Below the pieces are notes generated by a model. That model was not told where the DNA came from, did not search any database, and saw only the letters and a program-made list of their open reading frames with translations. A DNA stretch of 64,000 nucleotides from Schizochytrium sp. TIO01 (taxonomy: Eukaryota > Protista > Bigyra: Labyrinthulomycetes), in assembly GCA_004764695.1 (NCBI GenBank), contig SMSO01000025.1, positions 3,348,001 to 3,412,000 of the forward strand, given 5' to 3'. Shown here in pieces: positions 22,132-34,787 of this stretch. The translations under genes were made by a program, and so were the position numbers. Numbering within the stretch: the stretch's first letter is position 1; each line of letters starts with the position of its first letter.

Positions 22132-25100
22132 AGGCTCGAATGCTGGCCTTTGATTTCTAACAAGTTTGTGTCGAGGCCGAGGGAGCGAGCAATAGGAGGT
22201 CCAGGAGGGCCTGGGCTATGCTCTCCCTCGGCTTGCGCGTCGAGGTAGTTTGTTTGGCTTCGCAAAGCGAGACCAAGAGCGGCCAAGAAGAAGAAGAACG
22301 AGCAAGCTCGGCGCAGGAAAGAAATCGAAAAGAACCGAGCAAGGGGAATGAATGAGTGCGTCTTACCCGGTCCCTAAGGACCCTTAGAGGCAACTGGGTT
22401 TCCGGTTGCCCCTGCTAAAGCTCGTATCTGCCTTGGCGGAACTGAAGAGCAGCTTCGCCGGGAGCTCCACATCATGAATACAGTACCCAGGCACTAGGAA
22501 CTCAGTAGGAAGGTATGTCCAGGTCGAGTGATGCAGTCAGAACCTGAAGCTGCAGGACTCGCATCAAGGTCGCCGAAGAAAGGGAGCGGGTGGGTCGGCA
22601 GGGCCTCAAGCTGCCTGGGGGGTCCCGGCGAGACGCCAAGCGGCCTGGAGAGCGGGCTGAGCTGAGAGCTTCGAAGATTGCGCCAGACCGAAAGAAATGT
22701 GCGCGACAGAAGTAAGAAGAAAGCAGCACGTAGGGGCCACCTAGCCACCCTTAGCTAGCGCCGGCACAAGCTGCGGTGGAGAAGGGAATACAAATTTGGG
22801 CAGTGTTCCAACACAGGCTGGCAGCACGTAAAGAAAGAACGCCGTCATTCTTCATGTGTGGTCAGCCAAATCCCATGTGCTGCTCTTCTTCAGAGCTGAG
22901 AAAGCCTTGAAGCAAGCAGGCAGGCAGGCAGGCAGGCAGACAGGCAGCAGAGCAGCAGCCAGAGCGAAGGAATGCGCGTTGAAGCGCAGACGCAGAGGCC
23001 GAAGCGGTATTTTGGGGCACAGGTTTCCAGAACATCGTCAACAACATCCTCGCGCTCGCCAGCTGTTCAACTTTCTTCTTCAAGAACATTACCTTTTTTT
23101 TTTTTTTTAAATTAAAAACATTTTAACTAATTGAATTCAAGAAACTAATTTTTTTTTAATATAACTTTCTCCTTTTTTAGAGTATTTTATGAAAGTAAAT
23201 AGGCGCCCCTCCGAAACAGATCTCAATGAGAAGCAATCACATTAACCGCGCATCACTAAATCAGCGCCTGTATTGAAGACCCCAGCTACACCTCCATTTC
23301 ACGTGGCAGAGACGCGAAACAAAGCGCCGTTGGGGAGGTATTTATTTATTTATCTGTCCACAGAGAAAGACCTGCAGGAGAACCAATATTACTCGGTAGG
23401 TTGGTAGGTAGGTAAAAGGTAGGTAGGTATGGTACCTCTCGCAGATAAATTCAAGGTTAAAACACGAGGGCGCTTGAAAGTAAAAAGAAACCTTGGAAAG
23501 ACACCATTCATTCACTCTCTCTCTGTCTCTCTGTCTCACACACACTATCTCTCTCGCCCTCTCTCTCTCTGTCGCTCATTCAGTCCAACTCAGCAGCTCT
23601 TCAGGTGAAGCATTCCTTGTAAAGAAGGATGCACACGAATCTGGTGGACTACCGACTATGATTGAAGTTGCACCGATCCTCTTCTTCAACACTACCGATT
23701 TTCAACTTCAACTCCGAAGATGAGCAAAAGCTGAAGCAATTTTTTGTTTTGTTTTGCTTTGCTTTGCTTTGCTTTGCATTCTTTGCTTTGCTTTGCTTTC
23801 TTTGTTTTGTCAGCTCCTAAATGAAGTAAGAGTGAATGAATCAATGACAGACAGTCAATTCATGACAATCAGTCCACGAATGACTCTCGCAAATAAACTC
23901 CAAGAAGGTGACTCTCAAAGAGCCGCAGCACGTAACGAAGGGCAAGTACAGCAGGCGCGCTGCGAGGTTCCACGCTGTCAAGTCAATCCATCATCGATTG
24001 CCTCGAAGCCGTTTCTTCGGAGTCTGAGAATGATTGATGTCTTTGAAAGGAGTCAGACTTGCGACCACGTCGCGAACGAGAGATTGCGTGGAGGACATGC
24101 CGCAAATTGCACCTTAAGGGCACACATGACAATGCAGACTCCTGCGTGTTCTGCCTGATCAGATCTGCTAAGTATCTCGAAGATCCGGGCTATTTTAAGG
24201 TCCTAAGCCTAGATTCGACTGGCGATTAGGACCTCATATTTGCGGAACACTAAGAGTATTCTGGCGTCAAACCGTGACGTTGTTGGGGGAAAAGGCTAGG
24301 AAATCCTAGGCTTTAAGTCGAGGATATCCTGAAAGATGCGTATTGCGCGAACACCATGCGAGGATGGCGTCACCCACGAATTGAAAGCGCGAGGATGCAA
24401 TACAATGATGACTCAGCAGTCAAGATGGCATACAGGCAGACGGCCAGAGAGTCTGTGCGCTGGAGCTGGCAATAGTATTTGGCGATGCAGCTCTGACTGG
24501 TAATCTCTAGATAAAATTGTGCCGCGGAGGAGGGCCAGGCGGGCCCGATCTGGTGGAGCGCGGCGTACTTTGGCGTGCTTTTCTATCACTGACTTCTTTT
24601 TTGCAGAGTTTGTTGGAAATGCCTTTATTAAAGAAACTCACCTTGATTAAAGGAAATCCAAAATAAGGAAGTCCACTGAAGGTTTCCATCTTCCATGCTT
24701 CGTCTTCCTTATTTTGATTATGTCACAGCAACACTGGTGGGATACATATAAACGAAGATTGCCTATATTGGTAAATTGTGATTGAATGCTGAAGAGTCAC
24801 GAATGTTGGTTTTGTGATGAGTAGTTAAACTGGTGCAAGCGTGGCAGTTCTCGTTACAACTTAGAGCGTTTTTCACAATGATGTGCCACAACGCAACTTC
24901 ACATTTCCAGATTGCTGCCCCGACAATGCAATTTACAGTTAAATCGTGATCTGTTGGGTTTGGTCATCTCTGAGAATATTAAAGAATCTGCGCAACATTG
25001 ACACGTGGACAGTAGTGGGCTTATGTGTTGATGATATTCATTCGTAAATGCCCGCTGGCACGCCGCTGTAATTCCAGAGTGACATTTAGCAACATAAGAT

Positions 25101-27321
25101 ACTTGGATTATTTATTTTAGATATAGCAAATAACCAATCTAGAGCATTCAAACATTCTTTGGTAGATGTATCTGTCATGGAATGCAACGACAGGATAAAT
25201 GCAGCGACACTGGTGCGCCTATTTGGCATATAACGAGTCACGAACAGAGTCGTCTTTATGTTGTTCCACAGTTTAGTTTAGAATTTATCTTTTTACTTTT
25301 TCTTCTTTTCTTTTTCTACTAGCTAGCTAGGTAGAGCTAGGTACCGTACCTCCGAAGGTACCAAGTACTACTCAGATTCTATTTCTAATTTTATTTTATT
25401 TTTTTATTTTTTTTAAGATTTTCATTTTTTCTACTACTAATCCTGTAGGCGAACTTGAGGATGCACATAAACTAGCATCCTGCTGGAACCCCCCTCACTA
25501 CGCGTAATTTTATGAGACTGGAGACTGCAAGATTGCAGGACATTAACTACTACCTCTACTACCTCCCATCGTGGCCGCCTTGTTTCCAAGTTTTCTCTTC
25601 ACGGTTTGTCGGTGCCCATAGGTTGTCCCAGAGTAAAAGGGTTACTAAACTTGCATCATTTCTCATTTTAAGTCCGGTATATTGCAGGACCCAGTGCAGG
25701 TTGAAGCTCTTCGTAGGGTGGTTTGCCAGCTGCTTGTTCGAGACTGTTCTGTTCTCACGTGTATGTGGAGCAGCAGAATGTTGAATCTTTACGAATCTTG
25801 GGCTATTGCAGACTTTAGGCGCTCTCGCATCTTGCCCGCTCCAGAGAATTTGCACGAAGAGAAGGACGACTAAGACAAAATAGAAACAAAGGTCGTGCGT
25901 CTGCCTACGAACTGCAAACCATCGAGTCGACAATACAACAGGCCTGACATGTAGACCGAAGCAACCTCAGAGAGCCTCCAGCATTTGCGAACCCGCCTTC
26001 TGGAGAAGCGGTGCACGGCTATCAACTTTAATGGTTGAGGCCGGCTGGTTTTACTTAAAGCGTTGCTTTCCGCAAGCATTGTGGCTGCCAAGAGAAGGAG
26101 AGACACCGCGCATTTCAATGGTCTTCAGAGGCCATTGCAAAGGTATGTAGTTCGTTCAGGGTGATTTGTACAAACTAAAATAATCCAAATGAGGAAACGG
26201 TTTTGCATTACAGGCCACTGGCTGGCGTTAGTGTATAGGAAACATGTGGTTTTCTTCGAGAATGTCGAGATGCCCTAAATCTATCTTGCTTATTTTAAAA
26301 TGCCTGGATACTAGTCACGGCAGATGATAATCCGTAAAGATCTCTTTTCCCACTGTCTCCCATATACTCCTCAGGCTGTTCTGCCAAAAGTGCCACCATC
26401 GTCATTTAAAGCATGACCGCCGTTTCCAAAAAGCGGAGAGAAAACTCTTTTATTAGATATGATGTTTATTTGGCCTGTATACACCATATTATTATTATTT
26501 TGTTATTTTTATAAATATTTTTTGATTAGGATTTATTTTATTTTTTAATTCATTCGTTCATAAATAACAATGTTAATGATGATTCTTAAACAAGCATGGT
26601 GCCTTTCAAGAGAATTGTAAAATGAAATAACAATAGGCACTGTAAATTCAATAGCAAGTAACATCCGAATGGACTTATTTCACATTGGGAATCACCATCG
26701 CGACCAACTTTCAAGGCTTGCTTGCATGTTGTTTTATCTAGCTAGCTAGCTAGTGAGAAGGCGAGCAGGTATCATGACAGTTTTCATTTTACTCAAGCAC
26801 AGTTTACGCTCAAACAACACATTTCCAATTCCGGTGAGACGAAACGACAATCGTGGTGACAGATGGCTCGCTTCCCAACGCTCTGAGAAGTCAAACCTCG
26901 ACTTTAGGTATTCAAGTTCAATGGAATGAATGTTTCCGGCCGACCTCCTACCTACCCCTTTCACGGCTGCTTTCACGCCACGCACGATTCACAAAAGAGA
27001 TCCCGCTTAGCCAGCCAATGAGATGCCGCCTGTTCTCAGAACATCGCCTTAGTTCTGCCCACCATTCACCAGCCCGCACAAACACCCACACGAGATAGCA
27101 ACTCAGTGGTCTTTAAAAGGCCTATTGAAGAGGTTCAACCCCGCGAGTTGCTCTCATGACATGATCTCATATGCTACCTAGCAGTTGATATCATCTATTG
27201 TAAAATAGAGACTCTCCAATAACTCTGTTTTCATGATTTTTACTTCGTCGTTGTGAAGTTTAGCAAACGGGAGTACGGCAGCGCTCCCTACTGCGTGAAA
27301 GGAGGACCTCAGGAGGAAACC

Positions 27322-28068
27322 ATGGCACCCAAGAAGGCTGCCGCGGATACGTCCGCACAAGCTCCTGACTTCCGTTCAGAACGTACGTTTTTGTGGCCTC
27401 AGATAGCGGCTCGTGACCAGCATTTTAGCTCTAGGTTGCCGCTCTTGCTCGCTCTAGAAGCGTCGTCGCTGCTCTTGTGGGATACACACCAGAACACAAG
27501 TGCAAAGGAATAAGACAAACTGCATTTATGTTGCTGCCCCAGAAAGGGGAGGTCATGTTTAGAAATACAGGATTGGCTAACTTAGGATTTGGATATCTTG
27601 CTTGTTGTGGACATGGCAGTGGCCAGCGTCATGTACGGTTTTGGCGATCAGAGACAGCAACTCCCTGAGACATTAGACTTAATGAATGCAATCGTGGTTG
27701 AGTACATGGAAGGCATGACTCGTGAGGCATTGGCGAATACATTTGGATCAAACTTGAATACAAAAGGTCTCGAGTTTGCTATCCGCAGGGATCCTCGTAA
27801 AGTGGAGCGTGTTCGACAACTTCTTAAAATGTACCAGGAGGTCATTAATGAACGCGATATGAAGCTAAAAAGAGACGATAAGGCTAATGCTGCCAAAGCC
27901 AACAAAAAACGAAAGGCTGGTGCTGCTGGAGGAGCTAAGAAGAAACCAAAGGCAGCTCCCAAGGTCAAGAAGAGTACGCAACCGCTCAGTACCAATGTCG
28001 CTGCCACTATGGACCAGCAGCTTGCCAGCATGGACGCTTCTACATTCCCTGGCCTCAAGAAGAAATAA
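27322..28068 (+). CDS. TAF13: TFIID subunit TAF13; exons 27322-27382 and 27620-28068, 169 aa
   Basis: Exon 1 reads MAPKKAAADTSAQAPDFRSE, with donor C|GTACGT at 27383, branch GCTAAC at 27576-27581 and acceptor GCAG at 27619. The joined product reads FRSELASVMYGFGD...ET...IRRDPRKVERVRQLL, the TAF13 histone-fold signature. Confidence 0.9.
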
Positions 28069-28381
28069 TCAATGTTCCTGTAAAACAGCAAGGTCAGCAG
28101 CATTTCTGCTTGCTTTAAGCCAAATGCGCTTTGTTGACCTCAAGCCAAATATTTCTCTCTTTGGCACTGTTTTTTCGAAATGGAGGATCATCACACAATC
28201 AAGAAACCAAAACGAACAAGTGCAAGGCAAAACTCTTGCATGCGAACAAGCAATGAAACTTTCTAAATCACGTGCACACTCAATCGGAACACGGCTCGCG
28301 CACAGTAGCTGGCTGTTTACGATTTTTGAATCAAATACAAACACAATCATAATACTTGGTAGTTCCTGTACACATACTATC

Positions 28382-29419
28382 TTATGCCTCTTCACTCTTT
28401 CTGCGCTTGCTTACTTCATCGCTTTTGGCCCCTTTGCCACGTTTCGACTTGGCATTCGGTTTGCGAGTCTCCTTGGACTCCTCGTCAGGCTCAACGCCAT
28501 CATCTTCATCCTCGTCCTCGTCCTCGTCCTCATCTTCGTCCTCACCTTCGTCCTGTTCTTGGTCTTCACCTTCCTCGGCATTATCATCCTCATTTTCATC
28601 AACCTCACTGCCCTCGCCATCGACTTCCTTTTCTGCATCTTCCATTGCCTCATCGTCGGATCCATACTCTGCATCATGCTCAGAAGTCGGTGAGAACAAA
28701 AAGTTGGCAAGTTTGCTCGCAACCATGTCCAGGTCTACGAGAGTGAAAACGAAAAGGAACGAGGCAATGTCGTCTTCCTCCTCATTCATGTATGCTCCAG
28801 CATTGCGTAGCCATTTAATAAGAAGTTCGGGAGGGTGGATCTCCAAAACGCATGGGTGTTTTTTGTCGGGACACTGTCCACAGTGCATCTCCTCCATTGA
28901 CTCGAAGTCGCTTTCCTCAAACCCGTGAGTGTCACAGGCCCATGTGGTCTTCAACTTGATGATGTCTACAACAGGGTCCACATTTGAAAAAATCGCCACA
29001 CGGAAACTTGCCTCTTTGGTAGAGGAGTTTTGCAGAAATGTGGCTCTCACGGTCTCGCCGTTGGCACCGAGCCCACTGATCTCAATATCGTGGTAATCCA
29101 CAGGACCAGAACGCTCTGAAGTCCTGTTTTTCACGCGAAGGTTCTGCAAAGCCCACGGCCTCAAACCACATTCAAAGATAGAGCCACCGAAGAAGTCTTC
29201 CTCGATGCGCTGACGTAGAGCTCGGTCTGCGATCTCCAACTGGGATTCCTGCACAAGAGCGGCCAACCACTCGTCTTCGTCCCGCTCTAGCCCAGCCTGA
29301 AGGCCTTGCTCAAGAACCTTGGCAAGGATCTCTCGAATGCCGCTGCGAGCAAGACTTTGCACGCTCGGAGTAACCGGCGTTGAAGCCTCTGCAGAAGGCG
29401 GAGCCTCGTCGTTGCACAT
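28382..29419 (-). CDS. Hypothetical protein with long acidic tract and basic C-terminal tail (probably nuclear)
   Basis: 345-aa ATG ORF. Globular-looking N-terminal part containing HCGQCPDKKHPC, then a D/E tract and a K/R-rich NLS-like end. Confidence 0.75.
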   Translation of the reverse strand: MCNDEAPPSAEASTPVTPSVQSLARSGIREILAKVLEQGLQAGLERDEDEWLAALVQESQLEIADRALRQRIEEDFFGGSIFECGLRPWALQNLRVKNRTSERSGPVDYHDIEISGLGANGETVRATFLQNSSTKEASFRVAIFSNVDPVVDIIKLKTTWACDTHGFEESDFESMEEMHCGQCPDKKHPCVLEIHPPELLIKWLRNAGAYMNEEEDDIASFLFVFTLVDLDMVASKLANFLFSPTSEHDAEYGSDDEAMEDAEKEVDGEGSEVDENEDDNAEEGEDQEQDEGEDEDEDEDEDEDEDDGVEPDEESKETRKPNAKSKRGKGAKSDEVSKRRKSEEA

Positions 29420-30303
29420 GATCTCAAAAATCGCAAAGTTCTTGGTTTACAAGAATGGATGAATAATGGTTTTTCATCACTTCCTTCTTTACTGGAGTCT
29501 CTTTCACCACTCTTTTCTTTTCTTATCCTTTCTATTTATGCATATACTGGAAACACTAAGCCATAGCCCATCTACCATTATCTCATATGAGATCGTCTGT
29601 AAGGAGTCACTAAAGTCTCATTCGAAGGATTATCCAGAAGGAGTTTACAAATTAGCACATAAGACCTTAACCTGATTAAAGCTACTGAAAAATGAGGCTT
29701 GAAGGGAAACTAAAGTCCTGGTTGAATAAAATTATGTCATCATGCTTTAGTGCTATTTTAGTAAGGGCGCTATTTAAATCCTAAGATCATTATGCATATT
29801 AGGAACTCCTATGCATGATACTAGCACCGTTCTCAGGAGAACGGTGCATGATGACCGTTGAAGAAGGACCGTGACTAATGGCAAAGAGAAACAACACAAA
29901 TAAGAACGTGAAAACGACGAGGTGTCATGAAGACCAAAATTACAATGCCTTGCTGCCCAATGAGCAAAGCAGATATCCTCTGTGCAAGGAAGGAGAGTAT
30001 TGCTCTGTGTGCTATATCCTGGCCAGTGGTAAAAGCTTACTCTGCTTAAATTGACTTAGCAAGAGAAACAACAAGAAACAAGCAACAAGCAACAAGCAAC
30101 GAGCAACGAACAATATAAATCGTGAAAAGTCTTATTGCTGCCGGTATTGGGAGGAATTTCTACACTTGACTCGTGCACCAGTTATTACCAAACTCCTGGG
30201 TATCAGGAGTTTTGTGGGGACATCAACCCGTGGTTGTTCGGAAGGATCTGCGCCCTAGAAAGAGAATCTCCCATTGAACTCTCATTCTCTTACTTCCTAG
30301 ATC

Positions 30304-32118
30304 ATGTCTAAGACAGGAAACTCAAGTAACATTCTTGATTTGCCACAAATTCATAAAATATCAAGCTTAAGCGATGACGAAGCCCTACTGACCGACAACT
30401 CCAGCCAAGCAGACGAGGATGACGTAGTCAGCCATACGCATGATACAGATAACTCAAGTGAGGCTGGGGATGATGACATTATTAGTGAAGATCTTCATCA
30501 AAGCATGCAAGACCTTGGGAATTCAGGCTCGCAACTGAAAGGATTTCGCAATCAGAATGCAGAAACCTATAGTGATAATTCCAGCGAGGCTAGCGAGGAT
30601 GACGAATTTTCTGGACCAGATCCATATGGAACTGATGACTCAAGTGAGGCAGAAAACGATGATCTTGATGAAATTGAAGAACGTATTGGTTTAACTGCCC
30701 CGAATATTAATATAGACAATGATTCTCAATACACATCTCAAGCAGCTCCGGGTTCCGACACGAACAATGCACTTCAAAGCACATTGCAGTCGCCGTTGAG
30801 TACAGAAGCTAAACAACAAGCTTTGACACACGTTGACCAAGAAAATCGTATCGAGCAGCTGCATACGCTAGCTTCACACACACAATTAGAACCTCATAAA
30901 GGATCTGAAGCTATTCAGCAGCCACCAAAACCTCTTTTTGAGAAACCACCAATGATTGACACTACTTCAGAAGCAGCGTCGCACCCCAAACCACCACGGT
31001 TCGTCGTACATCACATTTCCAATAATAATCAGCCTGATACGGACAATAGCTCAGAAGAAGGGGAGGACGACCTTACAGAGCCTGAAGATTATGGATCTGC
31101 ATCGTTTGAAGAACCATTAGAGCTTCCACATATATCACCAGTAGAAGATCCAAAACTAGCTCACTTATATACCAAAACAGATGCACAGAGCACAGATCAA
31201 TACTTGCAACAAGCTACTCTGTACAATCAACTTGAGAAACAACATACATACGAAAAAAGCGCCAAAGCTAACAGGCTTCGCCACCGCCTGTACGTTACCG
31301 AGCGGTATGAGAGCTACGATGGAAATGATACAAATCATGATAGAAAGAGCCCCAAGGCACGCCCAGCTAGCAAAACACCAAAATCAAATCCTTCTCGCAC
31401 CCCCATTGCTAAAAAGAAGAAAACTCCCTCTAAAAACGAAAGTGGAGAAATAGCAGGGCATTTTCTTGCTCGCAAAAAACCATCCCGAACGAAAGATGAG
31501 GAAGCCATTCAATTTCTTCAGCGAATGGACCAGCGCGCCGAGCACAAGCGGGTAGCAGCCAAAGAGCTTCAAGCTAAACTTGACTACGAAGCTAGCCTTG
31601 ATAAGAAGTCTTGTCCTCAGTGTGGGAGAGTACAAACGTTTGATCAAGTTAAGAAACGCCACAAGAAGTGTACAGAGTGCAAAATATTGTATCGTCGCAC
31701 AATGAGATGGACCCAAGTTAAGGATGACTTTATGAAAAGAAACACAGTAAAGCAATCCACGCACAGCTCTGGGGCGGATGGTACTCATTCCAAATTTTCC
31801 AAACCGAGTCGCCCTAATGCCGAATTTCTTGCCCGAATGGATAACGCAGCAGAGCGTCGCCGTAGGCGTAATCTACGTCCACCTGGGTTGATTGAAAATG
31901 ATTCAAGACAAAATAAGCAAGAGAGAAAGACCAAAAGAAATATTGTAGGTTTTGAAGAGAACCAACTCTCTTCCGTCATCCGCTCAAAGGTGAACTCAGC
32001 TACAACTGCACAAATTTTTGATCCGGAGATATGGAGGGCTGAGCAACTCGTTATTGCACATTTGTATGGACCTTGCGAGGGGTGTGGTGATGCCTCGCAT
32101 GACAGTCGTCTGGAATAA
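30304..32118 (+). CDS. Hypothetical protein: acidic disordered N-terminus, CxxC...CxxC putative zinc ribbon
   Basis: 604-aa ATG ORF with repeated D(N/D)SS(E/Q)(A/E) motifs, CPQC-x15-CTEC, and FLQRMD/FLARMD repeats. Confidence 0.75.
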   Translation: MSKTGNSSNILDLPQIHKISSLSDDEALLTDNSSQADEDDVVSHTHDTDNSSEAGDDDIISEDLHQSMQDLGNSGSQLKGFRNQNAETYSDNSSEASEDDEFSGPDPYGTDDSSEAENDDLDEIEERIGLTAPNINIDNDSQYTSQAAPGSDTNNALQSTLQSPLSTEAKQQALTHVDQENRIEQLHTLASHTQLEPHKGSEAIQQPPKPLFEKPPMIDTTSEAASHPKPPRFVVHHISNNNQPDTDNSSEEGEDDLTEPEDYGSASFEEPLELPHISPVEDPKLAHLYTKTDAQSTDQYLQQATLYNQLEKQHTYEKSAKANRLRHRLYVTERYESYDGNDTNHDRKSPKARPASKTPKSNPSRTPIAKKKKTPSKNESGEIAGHFLARKKPSRTKDEEAIQFLQRMDQRAEHKRVAAKELQAKLDYEASLDKKSCPQCGRVQTFDQVKKRHKKCTECKILYRRTMRWTQVKDDFMKRNTVKQSTHSSGADGTHSKFSKPSRPNAEFLARMDNAAERRRRRNLRPPGLIENDSRQNKQERKTKRNIVGFEENQLSSVIRSKVNSATTAQIFDPEIWRAEQLVIAHLYGPCEGCGDASHDSRLE

Positions 32119-32200
32119 ATCGCAGTATCTCTTCGTTCGTTGTTATTGTTGATGTTAAAAAAAAAAAAAGCAACAAAAAAGGAAAATGATAACAAACAAG

Positions 32201-32231
<31 letters not shown>
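32201..32231. repeat. (AAT)n microsatellite
   Basis: Perfect ataataata... run of about 10 units. Confidence 0.9.
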
Positions 32232-32233
<2 letters not shown>

Positions 32234-32684
32234 TAAAAAGCAGCCTGAGAACCGTTCATTCTAGCATTTGCTGAATTTCCTCCCTTAGCTGATCGAAGTC
32301 GCAATTTGTAGAAGTTGCCTGGTGCAAAACCATGTTTAAAGCCATTCTCTATAGAAGCTATGTACACCCGAGACATTTCTCTAATGTAAAGATTCCAAAC
32401 GTAGCACAACATGTAAGTACTTTGTTGACCTATGGGTTGCTTATTCATAACCTTACCTGATGAGAGAGAAGATTCAAACAAATGATTAAGGAAGAATGTG
32501 AAGTGCCATGTTGACTTGTACAATGATGGTCACAACGACTTCTTGTTTGCAATGCAGCAACAATCCTTCAAGTCTGCAGTTACCAGTGCCAATTGGAGTC
32601 CTACAGAAGGTTTCCCAGGAGGTTGTCACAACAACGCTGGGAGCAGCTCCTGTACCTGGTGCGTACTGTCAAAACCGTAATCAG

Positions 32685-34112
32685 ATGGAGTTCTTCCGTG
32701 CTTGGAAAGCGGCTCTGCTGGTGCTCCTTGTGAGCGTTTTGGTGAATGTGTATTACCATCGTGTTGTTCTTGATGTCAAAGTTCAAGTGGACTGGGATGC
32801 CTGCTGGGCAGCACCACATGATGAGCTTAAGCTGTGTCGTCAAAGTCCATCTGTAAAAGATACGATTGAAGCAGTACCAATCCATGTGGAACAAGGACAA
32901 CTAGAGCTTTTGCAACGAAAGCTCCGAGATCGGATTAAACCAATGTGGTCTATGGTCGGTATTCAAGCAAGATCAAAGGAAAGCTGGAGCGATGGTATTG
33001 ATGTAGACTATCTCGAAGGGGTTCTTCAATTTTGGGAACAAGACTACAAATGGCGAGAAGCAGAAAATGAGCTTAATGGTATGCATCCACACCAAGCTCT
33101 GATTGATGGTCTTAAAGTGCGATACTTGCATGTAAAGACGCAAACTAGTCATAGCACCATTTCACTCCAAAAGGGAGCGTCTACACGTATTACAAAGGCC
33201 AACACATCAGTTCCGCTCCTCTTGTTACATGGCTGGCCTGGTAGCGTTTATGAATTCCATAAGCTTATCGCAGATTTGCAAACCCGTGATACTAACTACG
33301 AATTTGTTGTCCCGTTTTTACCTGGGTATGGGTTTTCTCAAGGGGCGCAACGCCCTGGCCTAAATGTGTGTGCAATTGCAGTAATTATGTCTAAGCTTAT
33401 GCGGGCTCTTGGAAAGCCATCATACATCGTTCAAGGTGGTGATTGGGGTAGTTTTATTGCGCATTGCCTTCAAGATATTACTCCTCCTGGTGAGGTTATC
33501 GGTATGCATATCAATATGCCAATTGTCTCCCTACCTTTATGGACACCGTTCTATGCGTATCTTTTTGAAACAGATCCCGCCGAGATTGCTAAAGCAGATA
33601 TACTTGCTATACCTAAAAAGCTTTTCGAAACAACACCATACCTACTGCAACAATCAACTCGACCCAAAACATTAGGTGTTGGCCTTGAAGATTCCCCTGT
33701 GGCGTTGGCAGCATGGGTGTTGGATAAGTTTAAATTATGGACAGATGCAAAGTCCAACATTACAAACCAACAACTCGTAACAAACCTTATGCTTTATTGG
33801 CTTCCTCAAGCCCAAACGTCATCGGCTATGCTTTACAGGGAAAGCTTTGGTCGTGCTCCAGCTAATTTGTTCACAGTTCTCTTTCAAAAGCCCGTGCACT
33901 GTAAGACAGGAATATCACAATTTCCGTACGAGATTATGCCACCTCCTGCATTTACCCTTAGCACGCGTTATAAAAACATTGTGACGTACCATAAAGCAAC
34001 TCGAGGAGGGCATTTTGCAGCCTTGGAACAGCCGCATGCACTTGCAGAACATATTCACGAGTTTGTTCAAGCTCTTTTATATCCTCAAGGTACAAACAAT
34101 GACATTCTGTAG
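32685..34112 (+). CDS. Microsomal-type epoxide hydrolase (EPHX1/JHEH-like alpha/beta hydrolase)
   Basis: Likely start ATG 32685 (MEFFRAW... signal anchor). EHN region (W...YKWREAENELN), HGWPGS, nucleophile QGGDWGS, LEDSPVALAAW, GGHFAALEQP. The start could lie further upstream in the same frame. Confidence 0.92.
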   Translation: MEFFRAWKAALLVLLVSVLVNVYYHRVVLDVKVQVDWDACWAAPHDELKLCRQSPSVKDTIEAVPIHVEQGQLELLQRKLRDRIKPMWSMVGIQARSKESWSDGIDVDYLEGVLQFWEQDYKWREAENELNGMHPHQALIDGLKVRYLHVKTQTSHSTISLQKGASTRITKANTSVPLLLLHGWPGSVYEFHKLIADLQTRDTNYEFVVPFLPGYGFSQGAQRPGLNVCAIAVIMSKLMRALGKPSYIVQGGDWGSFIAHCLQDITPPGEVIGMHINMPIVSLPLWTPFYAYLFETDPAEIAKADILAIPKKLFETTPYLLQQSTRPKTLGVGLEDSPVALAAWVLDKFKLWTDAKSNITNQQLVTNLMLYWLPQAQTSSAMLYRESFGRAPANLFTVLFQKPVHCKTGISQFPYEIMPPPAFTLSTRYKNIVTYHKATRGGHFAALEQPHALAEHIHEFVQALLYPQGTNNDIL

Positions 34113-34787
34113 GTTGTATGTCTCTTACATCTGGGCATTATAGCAAGTGGGATCTCGAAGTTGAGTATATGCAGCCCCACTTAGCTTCTCTGTTTCGTGA
34201 GGTCTGGTTTGCTCGAAGTAGCAGAGTACTAAAGTTTTGGGTACGGGTTCTGCAATCAAACGTAATAGCAAAGCAAGGAATCTCTATAGAATTCTATCAT
34301 TGTTCACAAGTGAAAACAAAGGAACAGTTTCGAGCGATTTATTTCGGGAATGTTACACGGCTTCTATGGTACACCGTGGCCATTGCACATCAAAGTTCAC
34401 TAGCGCTTGAGCGACACTTCAGCAATTGTTTAGCATACTATCATAACTAGTACATATCTACCTAGGACTTGCCTATGATCCAGATATTACTTTTTCTTTT
34501 CTCTCGTTCCGAGTGTGTTTCCCCCCCCCCCAAAAAAAAAAATATATATATTAAAATTTCGTTGTTGTCATAGTTCTGCAATCGTTCTGCAGATCACGTG
34601 CAGAACCTCAGCGAGCATGGACTTGGATGCAATCTCCTGGCCACCATCAGAGTCAAAACCCCTTGCGGGGATTGCAAATCTGCTTTAATATTGAAGAAAG
34701 AGTTGCAAATCGCATCGAATAGGCTGCTTACGTAACGTTCTGAGCAGAGACTTATTGATAAACAAAGTTCCCCTAGATCAGTTTGCA

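Noticed and set aside
21882-22286. Cys/His-rich ORFs (CNAMQ / IALHC repeats)
   Set aside because: Translations of the pentanucleotide satellite.
25559-26118. Signal-peptide-like ORF with LKLIAVHRFSRRRVR, resembling a histidine acid phosphatase RHG motif
   Set aside because: The RHG residues are absent, the start is TTG, and no downstream motifs were found. At most an unidentifiable remnant.
27887-28928. Hydrophobic and Ser-rich plus-strand ORFs
   Set aside because: Alternate-frame or antisense readings of the acidic tract of 28382-29419 and the TAF13 3' end.
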